A DNA stretch of 64,000 nt, from assembly GCF_052425735.1 (NCBI RefSeq), contig NC_135759.1:23808001-23872000 (forward strand), given 5' to 3'. Under the pieces are notes generated by a model that saw only the letters and a program-made list of their open reading frames with translations, made no database searches and was not told where the DNA came from. This DNA is from Oculina patagonica. Taxonomy: Eukaryota. The position numbers and the translations under genes were made by a program. Shown here piece after piece: positions 24,600 to 38,500 of the stretch (position 1 is the stretch's first letter; every line of letters begins with the position of its first letter).

Positions 24600-26556
24600 A
24601 TATACAGATCACTGTTCAGAGCGTCTATTAAGGCCATTAGATTCAAGAGTTTTGCCTCAGTCTATGAGATATGCTTCTCTTGCTTTGCGACGAGAAGTAC
24701 TTTTAGTGGGTAGCAATTCAAGAGGAACTATAGACATGTCTGATGTGCAGTGACCTGGCATGTTGAAATGAGTAGGGACTGCAGTGGCTGCTTTCTTGTG
24801 CCTTGGATTATTGCTGGCCTGCCTGTGCTCAGTGTTATGTGATGTTTAATCTGTTTGACTTCGTAAGTACTGCTGAAGGTATATGTAGTTTTGCTATCTT
24901 CGATTTGGGGCAAGTGAGGCATCCATGATTTGAGTTAAAGCGGAAGATGCCGGGTGGCAGCTGACTGCATTGGTGTCTCGCTCGGACGAGTAAATCTCGA
25001 AGGTTGGGAGAGCGCCGGTAACATACCACGGGTGTTTCTTTGAAGATTTCTTTACAGTTGGAAAAGGAGATAAGAAGAGGTTGTTTGTTGTGAAGTATTT
25101 TCTGAATGTTACGAAGTGCTGGATTACTAAAGCAACACTATCAGATCGTCCCGTGATACCAGGCGTGCTCTGTAAGCGTTGTTTGTAGTCTCTTTTAACT
25201 AGATATTGCTGAAGTTCTTTAACGCGATGTTCAAAAAAGTTTTCAGTGGAACAGATTCGGGGTAGACGTAGAGCAAGACTGTAAAGGATTGATCGTTTTG
25301 TATGATATGGATGACTTGAGGTGCATGTTCAATAACTACTAATGCTTATCTGTAGGTTTAGAGTATAGGTCGGTTTCTATTTTTCCATTGTTGAGGTGAA
25401 TGTTGACGTCGAGAAACGGAATGGAGGTGGTCGAGCGTTCACTGGTGAATTTTATAGTGTGGAAATTGTTAAGATGTTTTATGAAATTATCAAGCTTGTC
25501 TGCTCCTAATGTCCAGATCATAAAAATATCGTCAATATACCTCTACCAAAGAAAAGGTTTGTCCGGGTACGAATCAAGTGCCTTTGTTTCAAAATCGCCC
25601 ATGAATAAGTTGGCAAATGCTGGCGCCATTCTTGTTCCCATCGCTGTATCCTGCAGCTGCATGAAATGTTCGTTTTTAAACTCGAAGTTGTTCATATTCA
25701 GAATAATGCGTATCCGGTCACAGATAGCTTCAGTGCGTATATCTTTTTGAGATCTTGCTTCTAAGGCTTTTCTACAGGCATTGATACCTTCATTAGTAGA
25801 GATGTCTGTGTAAAGCGAGGAGACATCTAAGGTAACATGGATAGCGTTCGGAGCTAGGGAGACCATAAAAAAATATAAGAGAGTCCAAAAATATCTTGAA
25901 GGACTACTCAAAGATAAACCTATAGATAAGAACACTTATTAAGACGGAATCCGCTGAAAGTTCGAGCAATATGTGCGAAAATTAAGTACCAAAAATCTAC
26001 TCATTGCGCGGCAACATTTTGTATACTATTTAAAAGATCTAATCGAAATTCATTTGTCTTAGTGACCCCGCAATTGAATTCTAAAGCATTCTCGAGAAAA
26101 TTAAAGTCAAACCTCGAAAAATGTATTAAACGCGCGCCATTTTGTTTTGAACTGGCGCAAGACGTCCGTTTTAACTGAAATAAAGACAACTTCAAATCCA
26201 TTTTTCTCTCGCGGGGTCAGCTTGAGTGCTATATTTTTGGCAGGTTTTTGTTATCTGTGCTAAAACTGTTACCATGCTAAGAGGTCTTTTTGGTAACTTT
26301 ATTTTTGCCTGTATTGCTCGAAAATTGTGCGGAAACCATCTTAATATCTTTCTCCCGTCAATCCCAGACCTGGCCGCTTCTATATATTACCTAAACTACA
26401 TAAACAAGGGCATCCTGGAAGACCTATCGTTTCAGCAAACGGACATCCTACTGAAAAATCTCTGAATTCGTCAGTTATCATCTCAATCCTCTGGTGCAGA
26501 CACTACCATCGTATATCAAAAATACTACACATCTTCTTAACAAACTCAAACAAATC
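24600..26556 (-). mobile_element. Degraded Penelope-like element (RT + GIY-YIG) with an inverted 5' segment
   Basis: Minus strand: LDVSSLYT, AMGTRMAPAFANLFMG, YIDDIF, SIPFLDV, YSKPTDKH, YRRSPNLRDLLV. Plus strand 26340-26556 encodes the upstream RT part [21 protein letters not shown]...[18 protein letters not shown]. Confidence 0.8.
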
Positions 26557-27742
26557 ACTGAGCAGACTATTTGCAAATTAGGGCCGACATTCATACAATA
26601 AAGCTCTGTAAAAAGGGGGGAAAAAACAACTTCAGTCCTTATTTAAACATATTTTATTTGTACATGTAATAAACGTGCATTGCTTTTCGAAAAGAGCGAT
26701 CGCGAGAAAACGTACTTCGCGGGAGTCACTTGTCTGAAAATTTCATTTTCTGCTAACTAGCTGATATATGAAAATGGAACTTGGCACCATATCAGGAACT
26801 GGCCAGTATGTAATTGTTTATATTCCTACAGAGTTTGGTGCTTGTATCAAAAACCGCGAAATGCAAAATACCCTAAACACATATATTGATATAAAAAAAA
26901 CTTTTTGGTTAAATCGAGGCGTCGACATAACAGAAAAACTAAGTAAAATAAATTGGAAGAATAACACTGAAGTTTGGTTAAAGAAGATAACCTCTACGAA
27001 CAAATCTGCAGACGATGCAGTAGAATCATTGCGCTATATGCATATTGCAAGTAATCTGGGTAATCGACTTAGCATATTGTTGGATTATTTTAACATGGTA
27101 TGTCAATTTAATGGAAAAAATCGCATTCAATTAAGAAATAAAAGCTGAAAACATATTTTTATTTGTATACACATATTTGTTTATGTATGTCATGTGTCAA
27201 AAATAGTAGAAAACTGAACAATTCGAGCATTGGCTAAAGCAGTTTTCATTTCTAGTCTTTTTTCGCGCCCTTTTTGTGCCAAAATCTAGACAAAATGTCG
27301 AAGGCTCACTTTTCCACGCTCAGGAAAGTACGGCAGAGGACACGGCAGTATAAAGAAAGACGATGGGAAGTTTTGTCATTGCAGTGGAACTTTAAATATT
27401 GCAATTTCTTTGCTTTTAAAGGCAGAATGCATTTTGTGATTTAATTTCTATCTGCGAAATCCATTTAGCGTTAATTAAATCATTTTCCTGAAACAGAAAC
27501 ATTACATTCGGAAGTGAGCATGATTTCAGAAAGCACACCCAGGGCTGCATCCAAAGAGTGCGTAAATACCTTACAAAGCACTTTGTTTTGTTTATTTGCT
27601 TTTTTTACTGTTTCACTATTCCGTGTTTAGAATATTCCGTGTCGTTTTGTCATTCCTCCGAGAAGGGTCACCTTGCATATGAGTTCTTTCGTTAGATTCA
27701 ACACTGTCCAGTTAAGTTTTAGAAATTTGTTTTAACTACACT

Positions 27743-28337
27743 AAGCACCCGTTTGTTAACCCTGTAAGCTTGTAACCCTGTAAGCCTGTAACTATGTAAG
27801 CCTGTAACCCTGTAACCCTGTAAGCATGTACGCCTGTAAGCCTGTAAGCCTGTAACTCTGTAAGCCTGAAAGCTTGTAACTCTGAGAGCCTGAAAGCCTG
27901 TAACTCTGTAAGCCTGTAAGCCTGTACGCCTGTAAGCCTGTAACTCTGTAAGCCTGTAAGCCTGTAAGTCTGTAACTCTGTAAGCCTGTAAGCCTGTAAC
28001 TCTGTAACTCTGTAAGCCTGTAACTCTGTAACTCTGTAAGCCTGTAACTCTGTAACTCTGTAAGCCTGTAAGCCTGTAAGCCTGTAAGCCTGTAAGCCTG
28101 TCATTTCATGTCGGGCTAGAATAAGATTTCAAATTAAGGATTTTTTGGGGAAAATTAGCATGAAGAAATTGGTTGCCATGGCAACAGACGGATCCTTAAC
28201 CTATCCTCAGGTAAGAAAGCTACCAATTTACTTTTTTCCATCACGTAATCTTGGCACAGGTGATAAATTAATCGTGTAAGCCTGTAAGCCGGCTTACAGC
28301 AGGGCTTACACAGAAATTTAAAACGTAAATCGTGCCT
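27743..28337 (-). repeat. Second, inverted copy of the minisatellite-bearing element (shorter, more degenerate array)
   Basis: (TAAGCCTG/TAACTCTG)n at ~27760-28101 plus a leader matching 22886-23118 in reverse complement. Confidence 0.85.
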
Positions 28338-31300
28338 CATTTGGGAAGGGGGAGTTTGATACTTTTTTCTATTTTTTTTTTCTGAAGCATCTACTAAGTA
28401 CCAAATCACTAAGAAGATTAAACTTCTCTATTGGATATTTTATCACTGCTGCTTCACCATGTTTTATCAGTATTTTTAACTTGTTAACAATATATCTATT
28501 TAAAGAGATATGTATGTAGATTTGCCACAAGTCGACTCTTTGAGCGACGAAGTCGCGAAAAGCCAGCGACGCAAAATGACCCTACTACCGGAAACGGGCT
28601 TTAAGAAAGTCTAATATGTATGGTAAAATGGTAAAATCGCATTAACGTTGTGCAATGCTAAACTGCAAATAAGTAAAAATCTTTTGATAAAAATTATGTT
28701 CTACACATCGCAACAAATTAATGTTCAAGACGAGACGTTTCGATATGTTCTACAGGAACAGTCAACTCTTCAAAATGAAAAACATTTTTCTCGCTTCGTA
28801 CGAGCAAAAAATTATTAAAGCTTTTGCTAGACAAAGATATCTCTGCAGCTTGTGCTTTCAGTGGAGAAAATGACTCACCACGCGAAAAAAGGGCAAATTC
28901 ATAAAGGCCTGGCCGAACAAATAGGAAAGTAGCAAAGCGCTCAAAACCCGATGTCCCTCTTGTTTGTACATTTCAAAATTCTTAGTGGATTAATTCATTT
29001 AAATTATACTGTGAGGTAAATGATGACATGTTTGAAATAAGAGCGAAAAAAACTGGTTTTTCACTGTCCTTAAGCGGTTCCACTATGTTCTTTTTTTTAG
29101 AAAAGAAAACACAAATTAGTCCTGTTTGATAAGTTATGTTTTCCAAACGTATTAATGATGCGAGGGTAAGCCTCAATCGCGTCTCAAAGGAACGAACGAT
29201 TTTCCTCAAAGTGATAAAATGAAAAAACAAAGAGATAAATGAAGTCTTGCCCTAAAAGTTGATAATTCCTCGCAAAACTCCTACATCTATTAACTATAAT
29301 AAATTCGTCCTATATAAAAATATATAAACTCCTTCACCTATAAACTATAGTCGATTCTGTAAGATACTCAGTTTACCTATCGTTAACAGATATTTAGTTC
29401 AAGCCCTTTCACGAATAACGCCTTTTAAACTTGTTCCTTTAAATGAAATGGAAGCCAAATGTGATACATACTTCGAGTGCATATACATTGTCGAGGAAAA
29501 CACGTTTGGCACGGGTGGTAAGATATTTGACTCATTAAATTCCTAAGCATATGTTTTAAAACAAATTGCTGCCTTACCTCAAGTAACTTTTCGTAGGTTG
29601 ACGATCTTCAGTCAGGTTAATGCTTCCGTCTTCAATTTGAGCGATGTCGCTTACGAACCTCAATAAAAAATAGATTGGTGGCATGGATATCCGCTTTGAT
29701 GCTACGTGGAATGTTATCTACAAACAAATGAACTAACTGCAAAAATGAATAGATTATAATGATCCGTGGGTAATTAGGGCGTGGGCAAAAGATAATAAGA
29801 GTGGAAGAAACGTGTTATAATTGGAAAGTTTTATTGAAAAGCAAATTTCATTTCTGAAAAAGTCATTTTAATTTGGAACACGTCTCTCGTTTTATTGATG
29901 TTTCATTGACTTTTGAAGGAAACCGTATTATTACTTGTGAAAAACGAAACTTTCCGAAAGATCAAGAAAATTCCCTCTATAAGAACAGGTTCTGCCGAGT
30001 TGGTATTTTTGAGCCGCTATGATAACGCACGTCAGAAAAATCTCCTTGCAACCGAAAACATGAGATAATGTACATGTCCGTCAGACTAAACTGACCGCAT
30101 ACAGACTTGTGCATGGGGAAGCAAAGACCTCAAGAAAATTATGATGTGGCATCCTTTTACAGAAGTTTTGTAATCAAAAACCAAAAACTTACAAGTGAAG
30201 GAATGATCGTGCAGCTTTTAGTGCCTGTAAACAGATCAGTATTCATAAGCTTTACCTTATGATGAGGCTCTCAAGAAGCAGCCTTATATAGCACTATGCC
30301 AACGAGATCGTATGAAGTGTCAACGTGAAAACTTTAATTACCGAATACTTTGCTTATGAGGGGGCAGGAGGTGCAAACGTGCGTAAAGAACCTCGTTACG
30401 TTCACATATATAGATCCTAAAAAAACAATCAAGGTGTCATATACTTGTTGGAACATTAATATTCATAAAATAAACTCAACTGAGGGCCTGTTTATTTGGA
30501 GAAATGTTGTCCTGGTAGGAGGGTTACCGTCCATACCGAGCCACCCCGGGCGAGGGAGCTTTTCATACGTTTTTTTATAAATAGCTGCAAATTAAAGTTG
30601 GTTTGGAGGAGCAGGGTGACCATGGCTGGAGGGTCACGCGCTTTGAAGGTAATGTGACACTTGGGAGCGTTTCAACTTTTTCTCATATAAACAGTTTTGT
30701 TAATATTTTCACCTCTCCTACCAGAGACAAGTTGACACATACCGAGCATGCGCAAACGCTTCAATCGGCCAAACCAAAATGGGGAACAATTTAAAATCGA
30801 GGTCGGCGATAAATTCGTCCAAAGAAACAACTATCACCAGTCTTTTGAACCAAAATACAAACAAAACGGCATACATTCGTTCAGAGTTAAAACTTCAAAC
30901 TTTAATCAGTTACCAGAGCAAGTAAATATTTTTCTCCAGGATATCTCTTAAAGTTAGATCTTTCGGATCTTTTTACTGACAATATGAATCCACAAAATAT
31001 ATTTTAGTTGAAAGCCCTTGAATAATTACACCTCATTGAAGAAATAAGACTGAATGGCATTCTGGGTAGACAACATTGGCAAGCTGAGTGATATTCCGTT
31101 CATAAATAATCCGATGGACCACGTGCCCTTAGCTCAAAATGGAAAATGTTTGAGGAGTTTGTGATGGTTGTCCTCAGAGAAGTGAGAACTAACAGTAAAC
31201 AGCTATGCAGGTTAACACAAACTTAACTTGGTCAAATGTCTTGACAATAAGGCTCCTTTATTAAATTAAGCAATTTATGCAAGCATTTATTTAATGACAA

Positions 31301-31799
31301 GCAATCCCTGTTACATGACAGAATTTAGCGTAAAACACGTCAATTTTGCTTGCATTGACACTGCGAGGAAAGATCGATAAGCAGTGTTTTCAAAGCTATC
31401 GACAGTTAACAGCTATTCACTGAAGTGGAGGTAAATATCCACTACTAGCCACCGACACTGAGGTGAATAGTTGTTTTAGTATATACTCAAACAGTGACAT
31501 AATATAGCCCGAAAGGATGATGTTTGACTAGTTTATTCCGTTAACGAGTACAGTTTTCGCCTGTGAGTTGCTCGGAGGTGAATAGCAAAGGATATACGGA
31601 GTTTTAGAAGCCAAGTCAGCCGTCGCCAAAAACGCTATCCAATGTTTGAGTATATATTAATTTAAGCTATGGCTTTGTATGTACGTTCTATGAAAAATAA
31701 ATCACAGCCCCACTATATTACCTTTTCAAAATAACGAAAGATGATTTCGTTATGCACATGTCGTGCTTAATTAATATAGTTCAAACTGCCCAAAATATT

Positions 31800-31998
31800 G
31801 ACAATATTTAAAAAAGCTTTCGCCGGCATCGGGGCTATCAAACGTGTCAGAAACTTGGTTCCCCGTTAGACTCTGATCTTATTATGATCTATAAGGCTCC
31901 TACTCAACAATACTTTGATTAATTTAGCTCCGTATTGGACAGCATAGGCGTGTCTCAGTCTGCGAGACTCCAAAATAGGGCTGTTCGTTTAATCACAG
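31800..31998 (+). mobile_element. CR1/L2-type LINE RT C-terminal fragment
   Basis: Broken translation KKAFAGIGAIKRVRNLVP...YFD...ARLQNRAVRLIT. Confidence 0.55.
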
Positions 31999-32502
31999 TT
32001 TTTCAAACTAAAAACAAAAAAAAAAAGTTTTTTTCGATCAAAGAAAATTCACTCATTACATTTCTTTCGTCATTTGCATGTATTCTTGTCATAAAAATTC
32101 AGAAATTTTCAGATTTTTTTTTGATCATCCACTACACACTCATAACATTTATTATTACTTTTATAATTATTGTTTTTTTTTTTTTTTTAATTGTACCGCG
32201 CAATATTTAATTGGGATCTCAAAGACTCAAAAGAATAACAATGAAAAAGGCTTGTTTCTATTGGATTGCAGCATTTCTTACATAACTACAAAAAGATTTT
32301 TACTTTAAAAGACTGCTATTGACATGAAAGAGAAGATTTAGTTTTCATTCTTCAGAATTTATGCTTTCCTAGTCATAGTAACATGTTATACATCTATATA
32401 TTTTATAATAACGGTTACATTAATAGTGCATCAGCTATTATAGTCTCCCCAAGCACTCAGTTTAACGTGGCTGAGCCAGTTGCGGAGACGGCTGGTATCA
32501 GT

Positions 32503-35500
32503 TTAGGCCACTTTCTTGGAATTAAGTGGGTCGTGTTTAATTTCAACAAATCCTGGCTTGGACTTTCTTGGAGGGACGATTTTAGCGTAGGAAAACTGTG
32601 AAGGAAATGAAATAGCATTTAAAATGTGCGCTATAGAAGAAGTATCTTATGCAAGTACTTACTATACTCTTGAGGGTTGATATGATGTTAACAATACCAT
32701 AGATGGTGGATATTAAATAAAATTTGTCGATATAAGAAATATGGTGCTGAACGCATAGTAAGGGGAATCAACTGGCAGGGTTATATTTTACCTCATGTGC
32801 ATAATCAATCCATGATCCAGTGTTGACGTAAATCAATTTGCCGATTCTGCTTTTGATCGTCTCCCCGCGCCATTCGTGAGTGTGACCCAGTACTACCACG
32901 TCCTCGCCACATCGAGACAAAAGGTCTTTAAAATCACCCAGAACACCTTTCAGCAGACTGAAGGCATCACTCGAACCAAACTATATAAAAACCGCAAAAA
33001 ATAAATACTTTATGAACATTGCTCAGAAGGTTTTTTTCCGGGTTCTTCGTTTTTTCTTCCTCCTTAAAAATCAACAGTTCCGAATTCCATTTCGATCTGG
33101 AAACAGTGGATGACGAGCCACAGCGTGGATACNNNNNNNNNNNNNNNNNNNNNNNNNNNNNNNNNNNNNNNNNNNNNNNNNNNNNNNNNNNNNNNNNNNN
33201 NNNNNNNNNNNNNNNNNNNNNNNNNNNNNNNNNNNNNNNNNNNNNNNNNNNNNNNNNNNNNNACCTTGGGCTCCAGATCGGGTCGTATACGACCCGAACA
33301 GAGAAGACACATCATGGTTTGTGTTATGAAGTACTAATAAGTGAGCTACGCTTCCAAGGCAGGCTTACATGAAGTACTAAATCGACCACGAGTAAATCCT
33401 TCGCTTCGACCGAGTTTCTCGCCACTTTTTTGCTATTTTCGCTCTGGCGTTTTGACTAGATTGCTGACCAGACATGGCGGAGCCGACATTCACAACTGAT
33501 GAAGTTATAGAGCAAGTGATTTGGATGAAAATGACTGCGAAAAACAAAGTAGCGAAGAAGAGTTTGTTGGAGACTTTCAAGATGAAGACGGCCACGTGTT
33601 TGTGTTACCAGCAAGGCATAATATCCCAGCTCACGAAAGAGAACCTGCTCTCTTCATGGACCACGAAGTGAACTCGGTAGATTGACTAGCAATTGCTTTA
33701 TTGTTGTACATTTCAACTGCATTTACATTTATACAACAAAAGACAGTTATACCTGCCAACTCTCACGCCTATGAGTTGAAAACTTCGATCTCACGCCAAC
33801 TCACGCTTACGAACCAATTTCTCACGCCAAGTCGAAAAATGTGAGTTATTACAACCATAAATGGCATGCTTTCCAAAAATATGTGAACTCAAACCAATGT
33901 GAGAAACGAAAACTCCATGTAAAATAAGTTTATGATGATACTTTCCCCGAAATCTCAGAGTTTTGATAAGAAAAGCTTTGAGAATGTGGTCGTGTTTAGC
34001 CAAACAAGTCTTTAGCTAAAATAGAATTCAAAATGGCTGCCATACCACATTTGCAAGAACTTAGACTTTGTGAGGATATTATTGATAGTTTTTCTTGAAG
34101 CTTTCTGAAAAAGTTTTTTATGGATAAAGGATCAAATTTAAGTCAGGGAAGTTGTTATCTTAATTAAATGATAAGTTGCAAGAGTTGGTAAACTTCAAAA
34201 TTAATATTTTTTTTCTTCATAAAATTAATTTATGCACCAATTCTGTCAATCATAGACATTGACAAAATGTCGATGACCAAAAGTATTTTGGTATATTTAA
34301 ACTCCTTATTGTATTGGCTTTCAAAAATTATTCAGGGTTGACTAGGTTAGACTTCAATGAAGTCATGACATGATGAGGTAGCAGTATACGTAGGGATTTT
34401 CAGAAAAAAGTTCAGGTCTTGAGTTGACAGTACGCTTTCTTTAAACCATAGTTAGTACTAACTATGTTTAAACTAACGACCGACTTCTTCTGATAATATC
34501 CTCACATTATAAGCAGACAAAATAATCCATTAAATTTGGGGCAGTGTCTTGACCTACCTCCAAATTCTCACAACCAACATCAAAAACTTGTGCGGCTTCC
34601 AGTAAGGAGAATATGTATGACTGTTGTTAGTTTAAGGAATACTTCAGTTGTGGTATTTAGCTTAGTCTTTTACCTTCTCAACCATGCGTTTAAAGTATCT
34701 GGATTTTAGGAGATTTGCCATTTTGATAGACTTTCCTCCTTCCAAAAGAATGTGCTCATTCAGGAAGACATCCCTTTGGAGTGCAGTCTCTATCAGCGAC
34801 TCTGTGAATCTTCTCTGTGGAGATTTCTTTGCAAGCAACTCAATAATGGAGGAACCGATGACGTCACGCTGTAGCCCCTTCAGCATGGTTTGAGTAACGG
34901 AACGGAGAATCTGTACACCATAAATAGCAATATTATGCACTGCAGTTCTCGCTCTACATGTGTAATAATTGACATTAACGTGACACCGCGGCAGAACGTC
35001 TACGCATGCGCTGAATTTAGCACTTCCGGTCGCCTTTGCAGTCACTCAACGGGCTTCACTCGTCGACACTCGTCACGCTTTCCGTTCAAGGTCGATCATT
35101 GCCTACGTTTAGTGACTTTAGTTGTTTTGCTTCGTGAATTGCGGTGTTTTAATCTGCTGTCGTCGTAGATTACAAGCTAAATATGACCGAAACAATACTC
35201 GATAGATTTAGAAAAGGTAAGTCGCGGATTCACTAAGGTTTTGATCCTGAATTTGAGCAGTAGATGAGCTTTAATAAGCTTAAATTTAAGCTTATCTTTC
35301 ACACAAGGCGGGAAGGCGGAGTTTTACTTGCCAGTTTCACCTCATCGATTAACCTTGACTAAATTCATAGCTTTGATTATTTTCAGTTCTACATTTATTT
35401 AACCTAGTCGCTTCGTGTTTGTTTTTTGTTCAAAGGTATAAAAACTCAGTTTGATTACACCCGGCAGTGAGTTCCGATTTTTAATTATTCGGTTTTAACT

Positions 35501-38500
35501 TTTTGGTTTAAAGCAAGTTGTAAAACAAGTCTATGATTCTGCTTTTCCTTTCAGATTGAAAAGAGAGAACCGGTACGATAGTCTGAAAGTTTGAATTGGT
35601 AAACTGAACGCCATGTGCGAATCGCGCGTGGGGCAGCCACACGGACTGGAAATGTAGAAAAACGTCCGCCAAGTAGACGAATTTTCGACCTTGTGAGGAG
35701 GATTAAGAAATCAAATTGCCTTTGTCTTGAATTAAAACACATTATTAACTTGTTTTGCTTCTCGGCTAACAGCTTTCAATCCAGCAAAAACTCCAGGTAC
35801 TGTACGGGAGTATCGATCGAAGACTCAATTCATTCTTGTTAAACCAAGCAAACACTGAGCAAATGTTGTTTTCTTTCTTGTTTTGTGACTTTTTTCTCAG
35901 TGAAGGCAAGATTTATATAACTCGCCTAAACCTGAAAGTTCAGTGGTTCTTTATTTTGATTTATGTAGTTTTTCTTTCTCCTTTGTCGCACTTAAATATG
36001 CCAGCAATTTAAAGCGGGAAAAGTAATAGAAACCGTGAAAACGAATTGCCGCTGTCGACTGTCGAGCGCTAGCGACCTGCAAACTTCAAGCATCATTTTC
36101 AACGTTAGTGCAAGCAGGAAACCCCATGGTGCAAAAGTATGAAGCTACAAAAATAAATAAACTTTTGAAAGAGACCATTCTTTTCCTTAAGTTTCTTTGC
36201 TATTTCTTAAGTTTTGTGTTTAAACTTCGCGCAACGGGAATTTTGTATTTACGCGACTGGATTACATAGTCAACCGGAAATACAAAACTGACCGGATGTT
36301 AATTTCCCACCCACCCATGCGCAGTGTGTTCTGCCGCGGTGTCCATTAACGTAGGATTACGAATCGAAGCGGAAACTTCAACTTTATTCTGATTAAAACA
36401 TTGTAGTTATTTTGGAATGAGTATTTTAAATAGTTTGCAACATGTGTGCTGTCAGATGCCAAAATCCGAGCGCCTAGTATTTTGGTTTATAAACATAGCT
36501 AAAGCATTTTCCATACGTTTTTGGGAACGAAAAAGCTCAGCAAACAAAACATGAAAGGCGTATTTGGACAGTGATGCAAAACCACACCCATTACTATCGA
36601 TTATTCCACGAGCGCGCGTTTAATGTGAACTGGTAGATAACCAATAAGGCGCGTAACACCGAGCTGGCTATAATCCTCTCTTATTCTTGGTAAATCGCAA
36701 GACCCCATAGTTTTTATCCTTCACACGTCCTTAATAAGGTTTTCAACTCGATAGCATCGCCGTCTTTAACATAGATCATTTTGAATTTTAGAGTTTCACG
36801 TCACACGACATCAAAAATGGCGGCCTGAAGGCTGTCACGTAGGCTTAAAAAATGCCTCATCCTGTGATTTTTAACAACCTGAACATTTGAGGTTTTGTGA
36901 AAAGTGTTTGAATGTTTACTGAGTGAACTGACCGCTTTTTGTAGCAGAAGTGAACTCCAGATGTTTCATTGATTTCCGGCCGCCAAGTTGGTGCCCCACA
37001 GCATGGGCACCAACATGGCGATTTCAAACTGTGCTCTCTAAATTTGTGTGGAACATTTTGACGGATAACTCGACTACTGAATACCGTACAGACCTGAGCC
37101 TTGGACAAGTAGTTTATCTAGTAATTTTCTACAACCTGTACTATTCTTGATTTTCTTAGACTCAATAGTTTTGGATTTTTTTGCGGCGCGACAGATGCGT
37201 GACACTGAAAACCGCCTATCTAACAAGCGCAAGTAGAATAATTGTTTCAATTAAAACAACCGGAAATGGTAGCGCTGACAAGTATCACAAAATCAACCCA
37301 GAAATAGAAATGTAACTCACCTGCAGTACTCCAACCATTAATGTGTCAGACGTGGCAGCTGCACGTGCAACGTAATAACCAGTAGGCTTGCCGCATAGCT
37401 TGTCACTGGGTTCTGTCACGGAGTAGGAATTGAAGACATCCCAGTCATGGCCATGCGCAAACCGCACCCGATACTGTTTTCCATCATCGCTATTGATGAC
37501 GTAGATGAGAGTTCCTGGTATGAACTCTACGTTGGGGCCAAACAGATCTCGGACTGTCCCGGCGTCCATTTCGTGGTCATGATCTCCCCGGATGTAGAAA
37601 ACGTTGACGTCATCTTCTTCGGCCATCCTTCGAACGGAGCTGATGAATAGAGAGCAAACTTCGTTCTGCTTCCATTTGGCCTTTCGTTCGTCATTCGATG
37701 GTGGAGAAACAGTGAAAGGATCCAGCCACATTTCAAAGACATCGCCAAGTAATATCAGCGTATTGAGAGAATCCTTAAAACAAAAAAGAGACAAATTGAC
37801 AACAGCGTTATCGTTTTTCATCATATCATGCTCATCTTAGTCATTTTAATCATTACAATTCTTATCTTCATCGCCATCATCATCATCATCATCATCTCAT
37901 CATTCTTTTTCCAAACTAGAAACCAGAACTTAATTGATCTGTGAACGAAACCTTCCTCTCCTGTATTAAATAATTCTGATCATTGTTCTCTGTAGATGAG
38001 TTGGAGAGTATCTCTGGATCTTTTAGTGTATGAGGACATTATGTTGGTTACAACTTGCAGTTCACCGACCCGAAATATAATTACGAATGTTTGTTTTCTG
38101 CGTGGGAATATCTCACAATATTAAATAACCTCATGATATCAATTATTTTGTACTTACCAGAAAAATAATTTAATGCAAATATATTTCTGCCTACATGTGT
38201 ACATACAAAGCAATCACAAAGGAGAATATGAAAAGAGTATTAAATTTAAAATTTCGTTAAGTCTTGGTAATTTAATATAATTATGTTGTCACCTTTGCCA
38301 TGATTTCAAGCTGTTCAATAAATCCAACTAGTCGTTCCTTAATTCCTTCACTCCACTGTGAGTCAAGGTGAAGGTCACTCAAGCAGATGATCAGGTTTTT
38401 CACGGGATCATTCGGGTGTGGCATTTCACGAACAACAATTTGTTCCACGTCTGTGCCAACAGGCGGCTGGTAACTGTAAAAATGTAAAACGATAAAGAAA

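Noticed and set aside
26768-27148. 126-aa ORF
   Set aside because: No recognisable motifs or splice context; it lies among repeat debris.
29570-29790. Possible minus-strand non-coding first exon (GAG|gtaagg donor, upstream GC box)
   Set aside because: Only a donor-like word is present; no paralogous support or ORF, and it cannot be assigned without transcripts.
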